Assembly: GCA_018693105.1 (NCBI GenBank)
Contig: JABHLN010000003.1
Span: 4,782 to 68,781, forward strand
Direction: 5' to 3'
DNA from: Desulfobacterales bacterium
Lineage (GTDB): Bacteria; Desulfobacterota; Desulfobacteria; Desulfobacterales; SURF-7
Length of the DNA stretch: 64,000 nt
Part shown: positions 9,635 to 19,982 of the stretch, in pieces
Numbering within the stretch: the stretch's first letter is position 1
Layout: every line of letters starts with the position of its first letter
Made by a program: the position numbers and the translations under genes
The notes under the pieces: generated by a model
Database searches by the model: none
Told to the model about the DNA's origin: nothing
Seen by the model: only the letters and a program-made list of their open reading frames with translations

Positions 9635-12094
9635 TCATAAAGTCGGATCTTCAAAAACTTTTCCCTTTATACTTTTCTGGAACTTTCCCAACCCGTAAAG
9701 ACTGATCACAAAACCATATTTGCGATCATTTTCTTCATCAACAAAATTTAAATCAATCGACCAGCACTGGGATTTATATATAACACCAGCGCTGGTTATA
9801 ATATTTTTTTTTGCGTAAAGATTCCGTTCATGATCGGCATATACAGTTACCCTGTCATTTACAACAAAGCTAAGATCAGTATATATAGATTCACTACTAT
9901 TATGTTTGTATCTGTGCTCCACGAAAAGTCTGTCCCTTCTTTTATCGGAGATTCTCATGGAAATATTATGTGACTGATAAAAGCTCTCATAAGGTGACCT
10001 TTGGGCTGTAGCTTTTATATTACAATATTTGCCAAAATCAAGTTCAAGCTCACCTTTTAAAGGTGTAACAGGACGTTTGTTTGCACCACCTATTCTTTTG
10101 GAAACAATTTCTTCCTTTGCTTCATTAATATCATAACTCTGCTCCAGCTTGAAACGACAAAATTGGTGATAGGCATAAGTGACCGGTGGTTTTTCGATAC
10201 TTTCCAAAGATTCTTCCTGACCGGGTTTCAATTCTGACTCATCCTGGGCATCAGTATCTTTCACCGATTTTGGCGTTCGATAAGTGAATGTGTTTATCAG
10301 CGAATAGGTGATAAGACTTTTTCGATTTATATTATCAAGGGAATCAAATTGAGGATATTTCACCCCCTGATTATCATTGTAAGGTATATATTCATATGCA
10401 ACTCTGGGAGTAATGCTATGTTTTATACTATTGTCATTTTCTCCTATACCGTTGTATATCCTGTACACTTGAGAAGAAACACCAACTTTAAAATCATAAA
10501 GCTCTCTGGACATTGTATCTTCATAGCGCTTGGTGTCGGATGTATCCATATTAGAAAAGAGGTATTTATCCCTGTCAAAGTGCCATATGGTTTCCTGAAA
10601 ACCGACTGAAGGCTCAATAGTTGCGTAATTCCCTATATTAAAAGGCAGATACATCCTCGGATAAGCATCTACTCTGTGCCCTCTTATCCCATCCTCCCTA
10701 TAAAAATAGGTATACTCAGAATCAAGGTCAAAATAGAAAGGAGTTTGAAAAACCTGTTGTTTTGCCCCGACAAACTCCACATAGGGCATCTTTTGAAGGG
10801 TTGTATCAGTATCATTCCAGCGTCTTGCAACAACATTATCATACCATAGAAAATCCGCATTCAGGCTGTATCCTGACCAGCTTTTGTTTATATTCAGCTT
10901 ATTGGTTCGGGTTTGATCATCAAAATCATCAAGATCCCTGCCAAAAGCCTGATTAAAATAATCATCAGTAAAATAAAATCCGGTAAGGCCGTCTTTGAAT
11001 TCACGAAGGTAATCCTGGTCACTTACAATATCAAGATCAATTTTTGCATTAAATCCGAAGGGTACCCCCTGATTATGCTTCATTCTAAACCAGTATCTGT
11101 CTTTATTAGGCCTGAGTATTTCATTTTCTTCATGGTACCCCCAATCACGATTTGATATAATGGCACCATCATCAACTTTACTGTCATGTAGAACATCAAG
11201 CATGAAAGTTCCCTTTGATTTTTCACTCAATGCATACCGGTATTCAAATCCGATCTTTTCCCCACGGCGTTCCATGTGGTGTAAATAAAAAGTAGCATCA
11301 GAACTGTCATTTATGGCCCAGTAAAAAGGCTGAATATATTCCTCCCAGGTTCTATCAGAAAACCCAAACTCCGGCGGGAGCATACCTGTCTGGCGTTTTA
11401 ATTTCACAGGGAAAATAAAATAAGGCGAATAAATTACAGGTACCTTCTTTGCCCATAATGCCGCGTGGCTGAGAAATGCATAACCTTCAATTGTAACCTT
11501 TAAATTCCTTCCGGTGATTTTCCATGCCGGATTATCTCCGTCACAGGTTGATATGCTTGCTTTATGCACCTCATATGAGTCTTTTCCTACCTTTTGAATC
11601 TCATCGCCCCTGATATAAAAATGATTTGCCTTTATGAACACAGTTCCATCAAAGATGGTCCCTGTTTCCGAATCAAGATTTATCTCCATTCGACTTCCGG
11701 CAATATAGTCTTCACCAACCGTCATGATAACATTACCTTTTGCGAATGCATCCATGGTCTTTTGATAAAAACGCACATAATCTGCTGAAAGTGTTTTAAT
11801 TCCTTTTTTTACATGCACATTACCTTTCACGACATACTGTTGATTTCTATCATCAAAACTGATGCTGTCACCAATTATATGCCATGCATCCTCGGGTTTA
11901 TCTTCAAGAAAAGAGTTCTGTATTCCGGCCTCTATCCCGCCAACCTGGAAAAAAACAGTTACAAGAAAAAGGAACACGGGGGTGAACACTTTAATATATA
12001 TACTTAAATTTTTTAAATAAGAGATATGAATATTATTCTCACTTAAAAAATCAACACTCCTATAGTTTTGTTTTGTATTATGATCCATTATCAC
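9635..12094 (-). CDS. lptD: LPS-assembly outer membrane protein LptD
   Basis: OstA-like N-domain (GNVHV, LSAD), STC..DNPAW, KRQTGMLPP, YWAI..SSDAT, C-terminal YKSQCW; true start probably downstream of 12094. Confidence 0.85.
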   Translation of the reverse strand: MIMDHNTKQNYRSVDFLSENNIHISYLKNLSIYIKVFTPVFLFLVTVFFQVGGIEAGIQNSFLEDKPEDAWHIIGDSISFDDRNQQYVVKGNVHVKKGIKTLSADYVRFYQKTMDAFAKGNVIMTVGEDYIAGSRMEINLDSETGTIFDGTVFIKANHFYIRGDEIQKVGKDSYEVHKASISTCDGDNPAWKITGRNLKVTIEGYAFLSHAALWAKKVPVIYSPYFIFPVKLKRQTGMLPPEFGFSDRTWEEYIQPFYWAINDSSDATFYLHHMERRGEKIGFEYRYALSEKSKGTFMLDVLHDSKVDDGAIISNRDWGYHEENEILRPNKDRYWFRMKHNQGVPFGFNAKIDLDIVSDQDYLREFKDGLTGFYFTDDYFNQAFGRDLDDFDDQTRTNKLNINKSWSGYSLNADFLWYDNVVARRWNDTDTTLQKMPYVEFVGAKQQVFQTPFYFDLDSEYTYFYREDGIRGHRVDAYPRMYLPFNIGNYATIEPSVGFQETIWHFDRDKYLFSNMDTSDTKRYEDTMSRELYDFKVGVSSQVYRIYNGIGENDNSIKHSITPRVAYEYIPYNDNQGVKYPQFDSLDNINRKSLITYSLINTFTYRTPKSVKDTDAQDESELKPGQEESLESIEKPPVTYAYHQFCRFKLEQSYDINEAKEEIVSKRIGGANKRPVTPLKGELELDFGKYCNIKATAQRSPYESFYQSHNISMRISDKRRDRLFVEHRYKHNSSESIYTDLSFVVNDRVTVYADHERNLYAKKNIITSAGVIYKSQCWSIDLNFVDEENDRKYGFVISLYGLGKFQKSIKGKVFEDPTL

Positions 12095-12103
12095 CGATTC
12101 TAA

Positions 12104-12250
12104 AAGAGCCCTTTGTATAACGTCCCTTTTTGTCCGATTTCTATGTCAGGCTCAATTTTTTAACCCTCGAAATACTATGTGTATTAATGTCGTTAAAATT
12201 TTCACCTTCCTTGAACTTAAACAAAAATGAACGCTCTTCAAAGATCTCTT
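12104..12250. repeat. Palindromic element family B, second copy
   Basis: Aligns along its length with 6591-6732; imperfect terminal IRs AAGAG...CTCTT. Confidence 0.75.
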
Positions 12251-12523
12251 GAATAAATGTGGAAAAATTCAATTTCCGAGTTGAAAGATAACATCTTGTA
12301 TACTTATAAAAAATTAAGTATAAATCTAATCGAGTGAAAAAAGTCAAGATGTAGTTTATTTAAAAAAATCATAACAGATAGCTGAATATAAATCTTTATC
12401 TGCAATTCGTAGCGGTTGATCAGGAGTCATGGCACTCATATAATGCATCAAACTTCTGGCCATCACTATAAAGCATTAGTCTCGAAAAAGCTTGATATAT
12501 AAGACAGTAAAATTTCTAATATT

Positions 12524-13300
12524 ATGAAAATTCTTCTAACTAACGACGACGGCATTTATGCAAAAGGTCTTTGGGCTTTATATGACAGGCTTTCAATGAA
12601 GCACAGCCTTACTATAGTCGCGCCGGCAAGTGAAAAAAGTGCTGTTGGGCATGGATTAACCCTTCATCGCCCTCTTCGTGTAAAAAACACTGAAATCTTT
12701 AAAAACAAATGGGGATATTCTGTAAACGGCACACCTGTAGACTGCATTAAACTGAGTATACTTGAGATCCTCAATGAAAAACCGGACATGGTAATCTCCG
12801 GGATCAATCCGGGTGCAAACACAGGAGTTAACATCAATTATTCAGGTACTGTGGCCGCAGCAAGAGAGGCCGCCCTATACGGTATAACTTCAATAGCGGT
12901 TTCCATGCAGGGGAAAAAGCCTGAGCATTATGATGATGCCGCGGCTTTTATTGAGAAACTTGCAGAAAATATTTATAAAAAACCGCCCCTCTTGGGTACT
13001 GTTATAAACGTAAACATTCCTGATCTGCCTAAACATATGATAGCAGGTACAAAGATTATCCGGCAAAGTATGAAACACCCCGAAGAATATGTAAAAAAAA
13101 ATGTCGATCCCAGGGGAAGTTCATATTTCTGGCATGGAATCAATTCAAAATTAAACGGAAGTGATCCTGATTCTGATGAAGATGTTTTGTTAAGAAATTA
13201 TATCGCAATAACACCTGTAAAATGCGACACAACTGATTATAGCATAATTGATGAAATGAACAATTGGGAAATTGACAAGTGCCTTGGAACTGCCAGGTAG
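12524..13300 (+). CDS. surE: 5'/3'-nucleotidase SurE
   Basis: ILLTNDDG, GTPVDC, SGINPGAN, YSGTVAAA. Confidence 0.95.
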   Translation: MKILLTNDDGIYAKGLWALYDRLSMKHSLTIVAPASEKSAVGHGLTLHRPLRVKNTEIFKNKWGYSVNGTPVDCIKLSILEILNEKPDMVISGINPGANTGVNINYSGTVAAAREAALYGITSIAVSMQGKKPEHYDDAAAFIEKLAENIYKKPPLLGTVINVNIPDLPKHMIAGTKIIRQSMKHPEEYVKKNVDPRGSSYFWHGINSKLNGSDPDSDEDVLLRNYIAITPVKCDTTDYSIIDEMNNWEIDKCLGTAR

Positions 13301-13361
13301 TGGAAGCTATCTAAAAAACGGACTTTACAACTCAATGTCCGAAGGAGTATAAAACCTGAGG

Positions 13362-13430
13362 CTGGTTCTATTGGTTCCATTAGTTTGATTAGTTCGATTA
13401 GTTAACCAATAAAACTAATTAAACCAATTC
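13362..13430. repeat. Mirror-arranged 9-bp periodic repeat forming a hairpin
   Basis: ctggttcta ttggttcca ttagtttga ttagttcga ttagtt then aaccaataa aactaatta aaccaattc. Confidence 0.65.
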
Positions 13431-13465
13431 AATAGGTTATTATTTATAGAGGTTAGGCTGATATC

Positions 13466-14098
13466 ATGTTCATTACACTTGAAGGTATAGAAGGCTCCGG
13501 TAAAACAACGCAGCTGGAAAATATAGTAGAATTTATGAATGACAGGCATTATGAATATGTTGTTACAAGAGAACCGGGTGGCACTGCGATTGGGAAAGAA
13601 ATCAGGGCCATACTTTTAAGCCCCGACACAAAAAACCTGAACAGTCTTACTGAACTTCTTTTATATGCTGCTGATAGGGCGCAGCATGTTAAAGAGGTTA
13701 TTATTCCTACACTTGATTCCGGTAAAACCGTTATATGTGACCGTTTTTTTGATGCAACAACAGCATATCAGGGCTTTGCAAGGGGTCTTGATATGAAACA
13801 GATAAAAATACTACATGAAATCATATTAGGTAGTTTGAAACCCGACATTACACTCCTGTTTGACCTTCCACCTGAAACAGGTCTTAAACGAGCATGGACA
13901 CAGATTAATAATGGTGGGCGGTCTGAGAACGAAACCCGTTTTGAAAAGGAAATGATTTCTTTTCATGAAAAAGTCAGAAAAGGTTATCTTAAAATAGCAG
14001 ATACTGAACATGAGCGGTTTCATGTCATTGATGCATCAAAAAATGTAGACCAGGTAAAAAAAGCAATAATAGATATCCTGTCAGATAAAATGCCTTAA
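13466..14098 (+). CDS. tmk: Thymidylate kinase
   Basis: FITLEGIEGSGKTT, TREPGG, ADRAQH, CDRF, AYQG. Confidence 0.95.
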   Translation: MFITLEGIEGSGKTTQLENIVEFMNDRHYEYVVTREPGGTAIGKEIRAILLSPDTKNLNSLTELLLYAADRAQHVKEVIIPTLDSGKTVICDRFFDATTAYQGFARGLDMKQIKILHEIILGSLKPDITLLFDLPPETGLKRAWTQINNGGRSENETRFEKEMISFHEKVRKGYLKIADTEHERFHVIDASKNVDQVKKAIIDILSDKMP

Positions 14099-14112
14099 AG
14101 GTATTAATAATA

Positions 14113-14142
14113 ATGAACTCGTAAAAAGTATAACCGATGGCT
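14113..14142. repeat. Repeat family A end fragment (reverse orientation)
   Basis: ATGAACTCGTAAAAAGTATAACCGATGGCT is the reverse complement of the family A end. Confidence 0.8.
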
Positions 14143-14189
14143 CCAACATATTATTATATAAAATCCGTATGAGGTCAGGAATAAATTAA

Positions 14190-16466
14190 ATGAATCGTAC
14201 AATTTTAGATTCCATAGGAAACACACCACTTGTTGAAATCAGAAACCTGAATCCGAACCCGGACGTAAAAATCCTTGCGAAGCTGGAGTATTTTAATCCC
14301 GGTGGCTCCATTAAAGATAGACCGGCCCTATATATGATTAATGCTGCTGAACAATCAGGTGAACTGACAAAAGACAGGACAGTTATTGAGGCAACCAGTG
14401 GCAATACAGGTATTGGGCTCGCTCTTGTTTGTTCGGTTAAAGGGTACAAACTTTTACTGACAATGTCTGAAGCGGTCAGTCAGGAAAGACAGAAAATCCT
14501 GAAAGCAAGGGGGGCAGATATTCTGCTGACTCCCGGACACCTGGGAACTGATGGTGCAATAGAGGAAGCCTACAGATTAACACGCGAAAATCCCGAAAAA
14601 TATTTCATAACTGACCAGTTCAACAATGAATATAACTGGCGCTCTCACTATTATGGAACAGCTGAAGAAATCTGGGAACAGACAAAAGGTCAGGTATCGA
14701 CTGTTGTAGCGACTCTTGGAACAACCGGCACTGTAATGGGTATATCAAGAAAACTAAAAGAATATAAACCGGATATCCGGATAGTCGGTGTTGAACCATA
14801 TTTGGGGCACAAAATTCAAGGTCTCAAAAATATGAAAGAGGCATATCAGCCTGAGATTTTTGAAAAAAAACGGCTTGATAAAAAAATCAACATTGATGAT
14901 GAAGAAGCCTATGAGATGGCAAGAAATCTGGCAAGAGAAGAGGGCTTGTTTGTAGGTATGAGCAGTGGAGCAGCTATGGTTGTTGCCTGTGAGGAAGCCA
15001 GAAAAATGGATAAGGGTACAATTGTTGTAATACTGCCGGATAACGGGGAACGGTATCTAAGCACTTCTCTTTTTGCAGTACAGGAAAAAATTGGCCTGAT
15101 GTTAACAAATACAATGAGCCGAAACAAAGAACCGTTTGAACCGGTCGTACCCGGTAAGGTTTCAATGTATTCATGCGGACCTACCGCACATGCCCGACTG
15201 CATATTGGTGAATGCAGGCGTTTTGTATTTGCCGATCTTCTTAGTAGATATCTTGAATACAGGGGATATGATGTCACTCATATAATAAACATAACAGATC
15301 TTGACGATAAAACCATAATAGGTTCTGAAAAAGCCGGTATGGAATTGTCAGATTTTACAGAAAAGCATATTAAATCATTTAAAGAAGACCTTGAAGCACT
15401 TTATATAAAACCTGCAACAAGGTATCCGCGTACAAGTGAACATGTCGAAGATATGGTGGATCTTGCCGGGAAACTAGTAAATAAAGGAGCTGCATATGAA
15501 AAGCTTCGTTCTCTTTATTTTAACATTTCCCGTTTTCCCGAATACGGAAAACTCTCAGGCATAGATATTAACAAGATAAGACTGGGTGCAACCGTTGACC
15601 TGGACGAATATGAAAAGGATAATCCAAGGGATTTCACCCTCCTGAAAAGAACCCGGCTCTCGGAACTGAAAAGGGGAATTTACGTTAAAACAAAATGGGG
15701 AAATGTTCGGCCTTCCTGGCATATACAATGTGCTGCAATGTCTATGAAATATCTTGGGGAAAAATTTGACATTCATACAAGCTCTCGCGAACTGGTTTTC
15801 CCGCATCATGAAAATGAACTTGCTATTTCAAAAACTGTAACAGGAAAATCTCTTGCCAAATATTGGGTTCACTGTGACAGGGTTCTTGTAGACGGGAAAA
15901 AGGTTGATGAAAAAGGTGCCGGCCTGACACTTGAAGATTTAACTGGCATGGGTTACTCACCAAGAAAAATAAGATATTGGCTTCTTTCAACTCATTACAG
16001 AAAGTCTCTTACTTTCTCAAAAGGAAGAATTGAAAATACGAGCCTGTCTTTAAAAAGGCTGAATACTTTCATAAAAAACATGAAGAGTATAACTGAAGGA
16101 GAAGCCTATCCGGAGCTTGATCAATTAATTTATGATATAAAACAGGGTTTCACAAACGCCATGGATGATGACCTTAATATTTCAGCAGCCATGGCCTCAA
16201 TATTTAAGACAATAAAAAAAGTAAATACCCTTAAAATCAAAAAAGAAATTGATCCTGAAGGAGCACATAGAGTTGTTGAGGCCATGAAAGATATTAATAA
16301 GGTTCTGAATTTTATAAATTTTGATGATAATAAATCCGATCCTGAGATACAAAGACTAATTTCTGAAAGAGAAAATGCAAGAAAAAATAAAAACTGGGAG
16401 CTTTCTGATCTGATCAGGGATCAGCTGCTGGCAAAAGGTGTTAATATCAGTGATAATAAATATTGA
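14190..16466 (+). CDS. cysS: Cysteine synthase (CysM-like) fused to a cysteinyl-tRNA synthetase domain
   Basis: Residues 1-~295: IGNTPL, NPGGSIKDR, EATSGNTG, GTTGT, GMSSGA. Residues ~300-758: CGPT, HIGE, NITDLDDK, WHIQC, FPHHENE, AMDDDLN and anticodon-binding helices. Confidence 0.9.
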   Translation: MNRTILDSIGNTPLVEIRNLNPNPDVKILAKLEYFNPGGSIKDRPALYMINAAEQSGELTKDRTVIEATSGNTGIGLALVCSVKGYKLLLTMSEAVSQERQKILKARGADILLTPGHLGTDGAIEEAYRLTRENPEKYFITDQFNNEYNWRSHYYGTAEEIWEQTKGQVSTVVATLGTTGTVMGISRKLKEYKPDIRIVGVEPYLGHKIQGLKNMKEAYQPEIFEKKRLDKKINIDDEEAYEMARNLAREEGLFVGMSSGAAMVVACEEARKMDKGTIVVILPDNGERYLSTSLFAVQEKIGLMLTNTMSRNKEPFEPVVPGKVSMYSCGPTAHARLHIGECRRFVFADLLSRYLEYRGYDVTHIINITDLDDKTIIGSEKAGMELSDFTEKHIKSFKEDLEALYIKPATRYPRTSEHVEDMVDLAGKLVNKGAAYEKLRSLYFNISRFPEYGKLSGIDINKIRLGATVDLDEYEKDNPRDFTLLKRTRLSELKRGIYVKTKWGNVRPSWHIQCAAMSMKYLGEKFDIHTSSRELVFPHHENELAISKTVTGKSLAKYWVHCDRVLVDGKKVDEKGAGLTLEDLTGMGYSPRKIRYWLLSTHYRKSLTFSKGRIENTSLSLKRLNTFIKNMKSITEGEAYPELDQLIYDIKQGFTNAMDDDLNISAAMASIFKTIKKVNTLKIKKEIDPEGAHRVVEAMKDINKVLNFINFDDNKSDPEIQRLISERENARKNKNWELSDLIRDQLLAKGVNISDNKY

Positions 16467-16526
16467 TGGCGTCGTATATGAAGATTTCTACTTAGCCATC
16501 GGTTATACTTTTTACGAGTTCATCAA
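16463..16526. repeat. Internally deleted family A element carrying both terminal IRs (TTGATG...CATCAA), TA-flanked
   Basis: TATTGATGGCGTCGTA...TACGAGTTCATCAATA; includes the TGA stop of the cysM-cysS fusion. Confidence 0.8.
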
Positions 16527-16544
16527 TAATAGGAAGTTTTATAA

Positions 16545-17528
16545 ATGAAACCTGTTTATTTCCCTCATACATTTATTTCAGAGCAGATGGTTTCTACCGT
16601 TTGTAATTTTTTCCAACAGATAGTCGTTTACCAGCCTTCAGAGATTAATATACCTGAAAACATTCAAAAAATGGCTGACAACGGCATACTTGAAATAAAA
16701 ATTCCGATTGATAAAGACGGAGAAAAACTTGATAGTATCAGCAGAGATTTCAGAGACTGGAGAAGTCTTGTTACAGGAGTTGAATCATCATATTTAAAAA
16801 CCCAAAAAGGCCGGGTCCCTTTTTTTGAAGATTCTGCAATATCCCGTATAAGATCAAATATTAAGGACAAATCGGAGAATACTACGAAAGAAAATCCGGA
16901 CACAGATCTTAATGCCAGATTATTTCTTTTGCTTTCACAGCAATATGACATGCAGAAACATGAAATAGATCAAAACCTTCTACTCACCCAGAACATGGAA
17001 CAGGAAATTTTCAACAAACTCATTGACGACAGGGCTGATTTGACGGGAAGCGGCCTTGAAGATCCTGCAATAGACTTAAAACCCAAAGTAAGCCCTGATG
17101 ATAATATGATTAGTGAACGAATCTCTTCATGGACTCGCTTGTTTATGCATGATCGTGACATTTCCGGCCTTTACATAACACACAGTAAGGCAATATTTGA
17201 ATATTTAATTGAAAAAACAAACGACTCAGAAATCTTATCAGGTTCTGATTCAATACATTTGCCGATTTTACAACCTCATGAAATGAAAAAATGGCAGGAA
17301 ACTCTTATAAATAAAATCACAGCTTTGGCAGACGGCAGCCTGACAGGTATTAAGGATAACATTCCACGACAAAATGATAATAATAGAAATATGACTTCAC
17401 TATCACTTTGCCGTGTAGCAGGAAAAACACCTTATGAATTTTTTGGAGGATTTTTAGAAAACAACGCTTCAGTAAAGGTGGTTACCAACACTATTTATAA
17501 AAACTGCATATTCGGACTTATAAAATAA
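16545..17528 (+). CDS. Hypothetical protein
   Basis: 327-aa ORF with typical composition; no motif recognised. Confidence 0.7.
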   Translation: MKPVYFPHTFISEQMVSTVCNFFQQIVVYQPSEINIPENIQKMADNGILEIKIPIDKDGEKLDSISRDFRDWRSLVTGVESSYLKTQKGRVPFFEDSAISRIRSNIKDKSENTTKENPDTDLNARLFLLLSQQYDMQKHEIDQNLLLTQNMEQEIFNKLIDDRADLTGSGLEDPAIDLKPKVSPDDNMISERISSWTRLFMHDRDISGLYITHSKAIFEYLIEKTNDSEILSGSDSIHLPILQPHEMKKWQETLINKITALADGSLTGIKDNIPRQNDNNRNMTSLSLCRVAGKTPYEFFGGFLENNASVKVVTNTIYKNCIFGLIK

Positions 17529-17676
17529 ATTAAGTGGTATGAAAAAAATATTTCAAACCCTTGACTCACATTATCAATTAGTATATGGATTTCACTTAAT
17601 TCTAAAAAGAATATTATTTGCTAAAAAATAATAGAATTTATTAATAATTATTTACAATCAAATGGGAGGAAATAAA

Positions 17677-17865
17677 ATGGCGTTTAATGCAATAGTTGAC
17701 AAAGAAAAATGCACCGGTTGTGAAGAGTGCGTAGATGTTTGCCCGGTTGAAGTATTTGAAATTGTAGACGGTAAATCAGACCCTGTTAATGCTGATGAAT
17801 GTCTTGGTTGCGAAAGCTGTGTTGAAGTTTGTGAAGTTGATGCAATTACAATTGAGGAAGATTAA
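17677..17865 (+). CDS. 2x[4Fe-4S] ferredoxin
   Basis: CTGCEECVDVCP and CLGCESCVEVC; GGAGG RBS favours ATG at 17677. Confidence 0.93.
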   Translation: MAFNAIVDKEKCTGCEECVDVCPVEVFEIVDGKSDPVNADECLGCESCVEVCEVDAITIEED

Positions 17866-17883
17866 TACAGATTTCAGAACAAC

Positions 17884-17925
17884 AATCCCCTGATTATATA
17901 GCATATATTACCAGGGGATTTTTTT
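17884..17925 (+). terminator. Rho-independent terminator after the ferredoxin gene
   Basis: AATCCCCTG...CAGGGGATT stem followed by a T run. Confidence 0.7.
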
Positions 17926-18134
17926 ATATTACTAAGCTGCATTCCCTAATAATGCCTTTTAACAACGGCATTGCTATCTATCCAAATATTTAAGACGCTC
18001 AAGCCCTGGGGCATTAGTTATCATAAGGCTGGTTATTCATAATCTGATTCACCTTGATACCAGGATACAAATATTAATTTGTGATTCCTGCTTATTAAAA
18101 GATCTTCTTGCTTTTTTTTATTTAATAAAAAGAT

Positions 18135-19406
18135 ATGACACAAAATCAAATATTATTTCCGGATATGGCTGTTGTAAAACAAAAGCTATACAAATCCTGT
18201 ATAAACAACATACCAGAAATAATATCTTCATCACTTTCAGATATTTCTCCTTTTAAAAATATTAAACCCGGCGAAACGGTTGCTATAGCAGTCGGAAGCA
18301 GAGGAATAGACAAGATCAATTCAGTTGTATTGAACTGTATTCAATTCCTGAAGGGAAAAGGGTTAAAACCTTTTATTGTTCCTGCAATGGGAAGCCATGG
18401 AGGCGCTACAGCGGAAGGGCAGGAAAAAACCCTTGAAAAGCTCGGAATTACTGAAACATCTATGGGTGCTCCCATTTTTCCTGAGATGGAAACCTGTAGC
18501 CTTGATAAACTCCCCTGCGGCCTTAATATTTATTTCTCAAAAAAGGCTCTGGAGGCAGACCATATTGTTGTAATAAACAGGATTAAGCCGCACACCAAAT
18601 TTACAGAAGATATAGAAAGCGGCCTTTGTAAGATGTTAACAATCGGCCTTGGAAAAATTGACGGGGCGGCTGAATTTCATCGTTTCGCTATAGGAAATTC
18701 TTTTAAAATTATTGAAGAGGCTGTAGCGATAATTTTAAAAAAATGTAATATTCTCTTCGGCCTGGCCCTCACAGAAGATGGTTATGGCAATCTTTCACAT
18801 ATTGAAACGATTGATTCTTCATCCCTTATAGAAAAAGAAAAAAACCTGCTTAAAGATGTATACAAAAAAATGAGTAAGATTCCTTTTGATAATCTGGACA
18901 TCCTGATTGTTGATTATATAGGTAAAAATATCAGCGGAATAGGAATGGATTCCAATATTACCGGTAGGCATATTGATATTACTGGTGATTTTAAATCAAG
19001 CCCGCATGTTAAAAGAATTTTTGTAAGAGATCTGGATCCTGATTCAGACGGCAACGCTAATGGAATAGGCCTTGCAGATTTTACGACAAAAAGACTTGTA
19101 AATGCCGTTGAATTTGAAAAAACATATATAAATGCTCTTACTGCAATTTCGCCTGAAAAAGCCGCCATCCCCATTTATTTCGATTCAGACAGGCAGGTTC
19201 TCAACGCATGCTTTCAAACCATAGGGCTGGATTCGACCGTTAATGCGCGTATAGTCAGAATAAAAAGCACTGCAAGTCTTGAATTAATGGAAATTTCAAA
19301 AACGCTTGAAAAGGAAATTAATGATAACCTTGGAATTGAACAAATATCAGAATGGAGACCATTACAGTTCAATAATAACGGAAATCTAATTGAATTAATT
19401 GGATAG
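18135..19406 (+). CDS. Lactate racemase N-terminal (DUF2088/DUF362)-like protein
   Basis: AVGSRGI, PAMGSHGGATAEGQ, NRIKPHT, ESGLCKMLTIGLGK, GKNISGIGMD, GNANGIGLAD. Confidence 0.75.
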   Translation: MTQNQILFPDMAVVKQKLYKSCINNIPEIISSSLSDISPFKNIKPGETVAIAVGSRGIDKINSVVLNCIQFLKGKGLKPFIVPAMGSHGGATAEGQEKTLEKLGITETSMGAPIFPEMETCSLDKLPCGLNIYFSKKALEADHIVVINRIKPHTKFTEDIESGLCKMLTIGLGKIDGAAEFHRFAIGNSFKIIEEAVAIILKKCNILFGLALTEDGYGNLSHIETIDSSSLIEKEKNLLKDVYKKMSKIPFDNLDILIVDYIGKNISGIGMDSNITGRHIDITGDFKSSPHVKRIFVRDLDPDSDGNANGIGLADFTTKRLVNAVEFEKTYINALTAISPEKAAIPIYFDSDRQVLNACFQTIGLDSTVNARIVRIKSTASLELMEISKTLEKEINDNLGIEQISEWRPLQFNNNGNLIELIG

Positions 19407-19982
19407 TGAAGTGAATCTCTATTTGGTGTTATTATCACTTTATATGGATGATGGAAATTTATTATAGCTATTGATAATATTTTTTTAAGGAAAATCATGG
19501 TTAATAAAAAAACAATAATCTATTACTCAAAACTCCTTCTGGTGATGCAGGTATTATCTATCAGGAAATACCACTTTTTATAATAAAGACAAGCCCCTCA
19601 ATCCCCCCCCAGGAAATTAATAAAACTATAATTAAGTTGCAAACTATAATTGAAACTGTTAAAAGTTTCACAACTATATATAAGTCTTAATATGTTTTAA
19701 GTTCTCCATCAGTCACCTCACGATTTTAATATTACTCTGATTCTGACTTTACCTGAAAAATAACTTTTGGATCTTGTCCAGTTTAGATACCTGATTCTAC
19801 ACATATTCTTATTTTAATTCTACCTGACCAGAGACCTGATCAGAGAAAGGGCTCAATTATAAAAGGTCATGTTTTTTAAGCAAAGATCTTACTTTTGCTG
19901 TCAGGGGCTTTTCCCATGTCAGGGATATATAAAAAATCATTGCATTGTGAAATCCCCTTAACAACAAACTGAGTTTTGTGTT

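Noticed and set aside
12141..12347. 68-aa ORF
   Set aside because: Largely inside repeat family B; no supporting features
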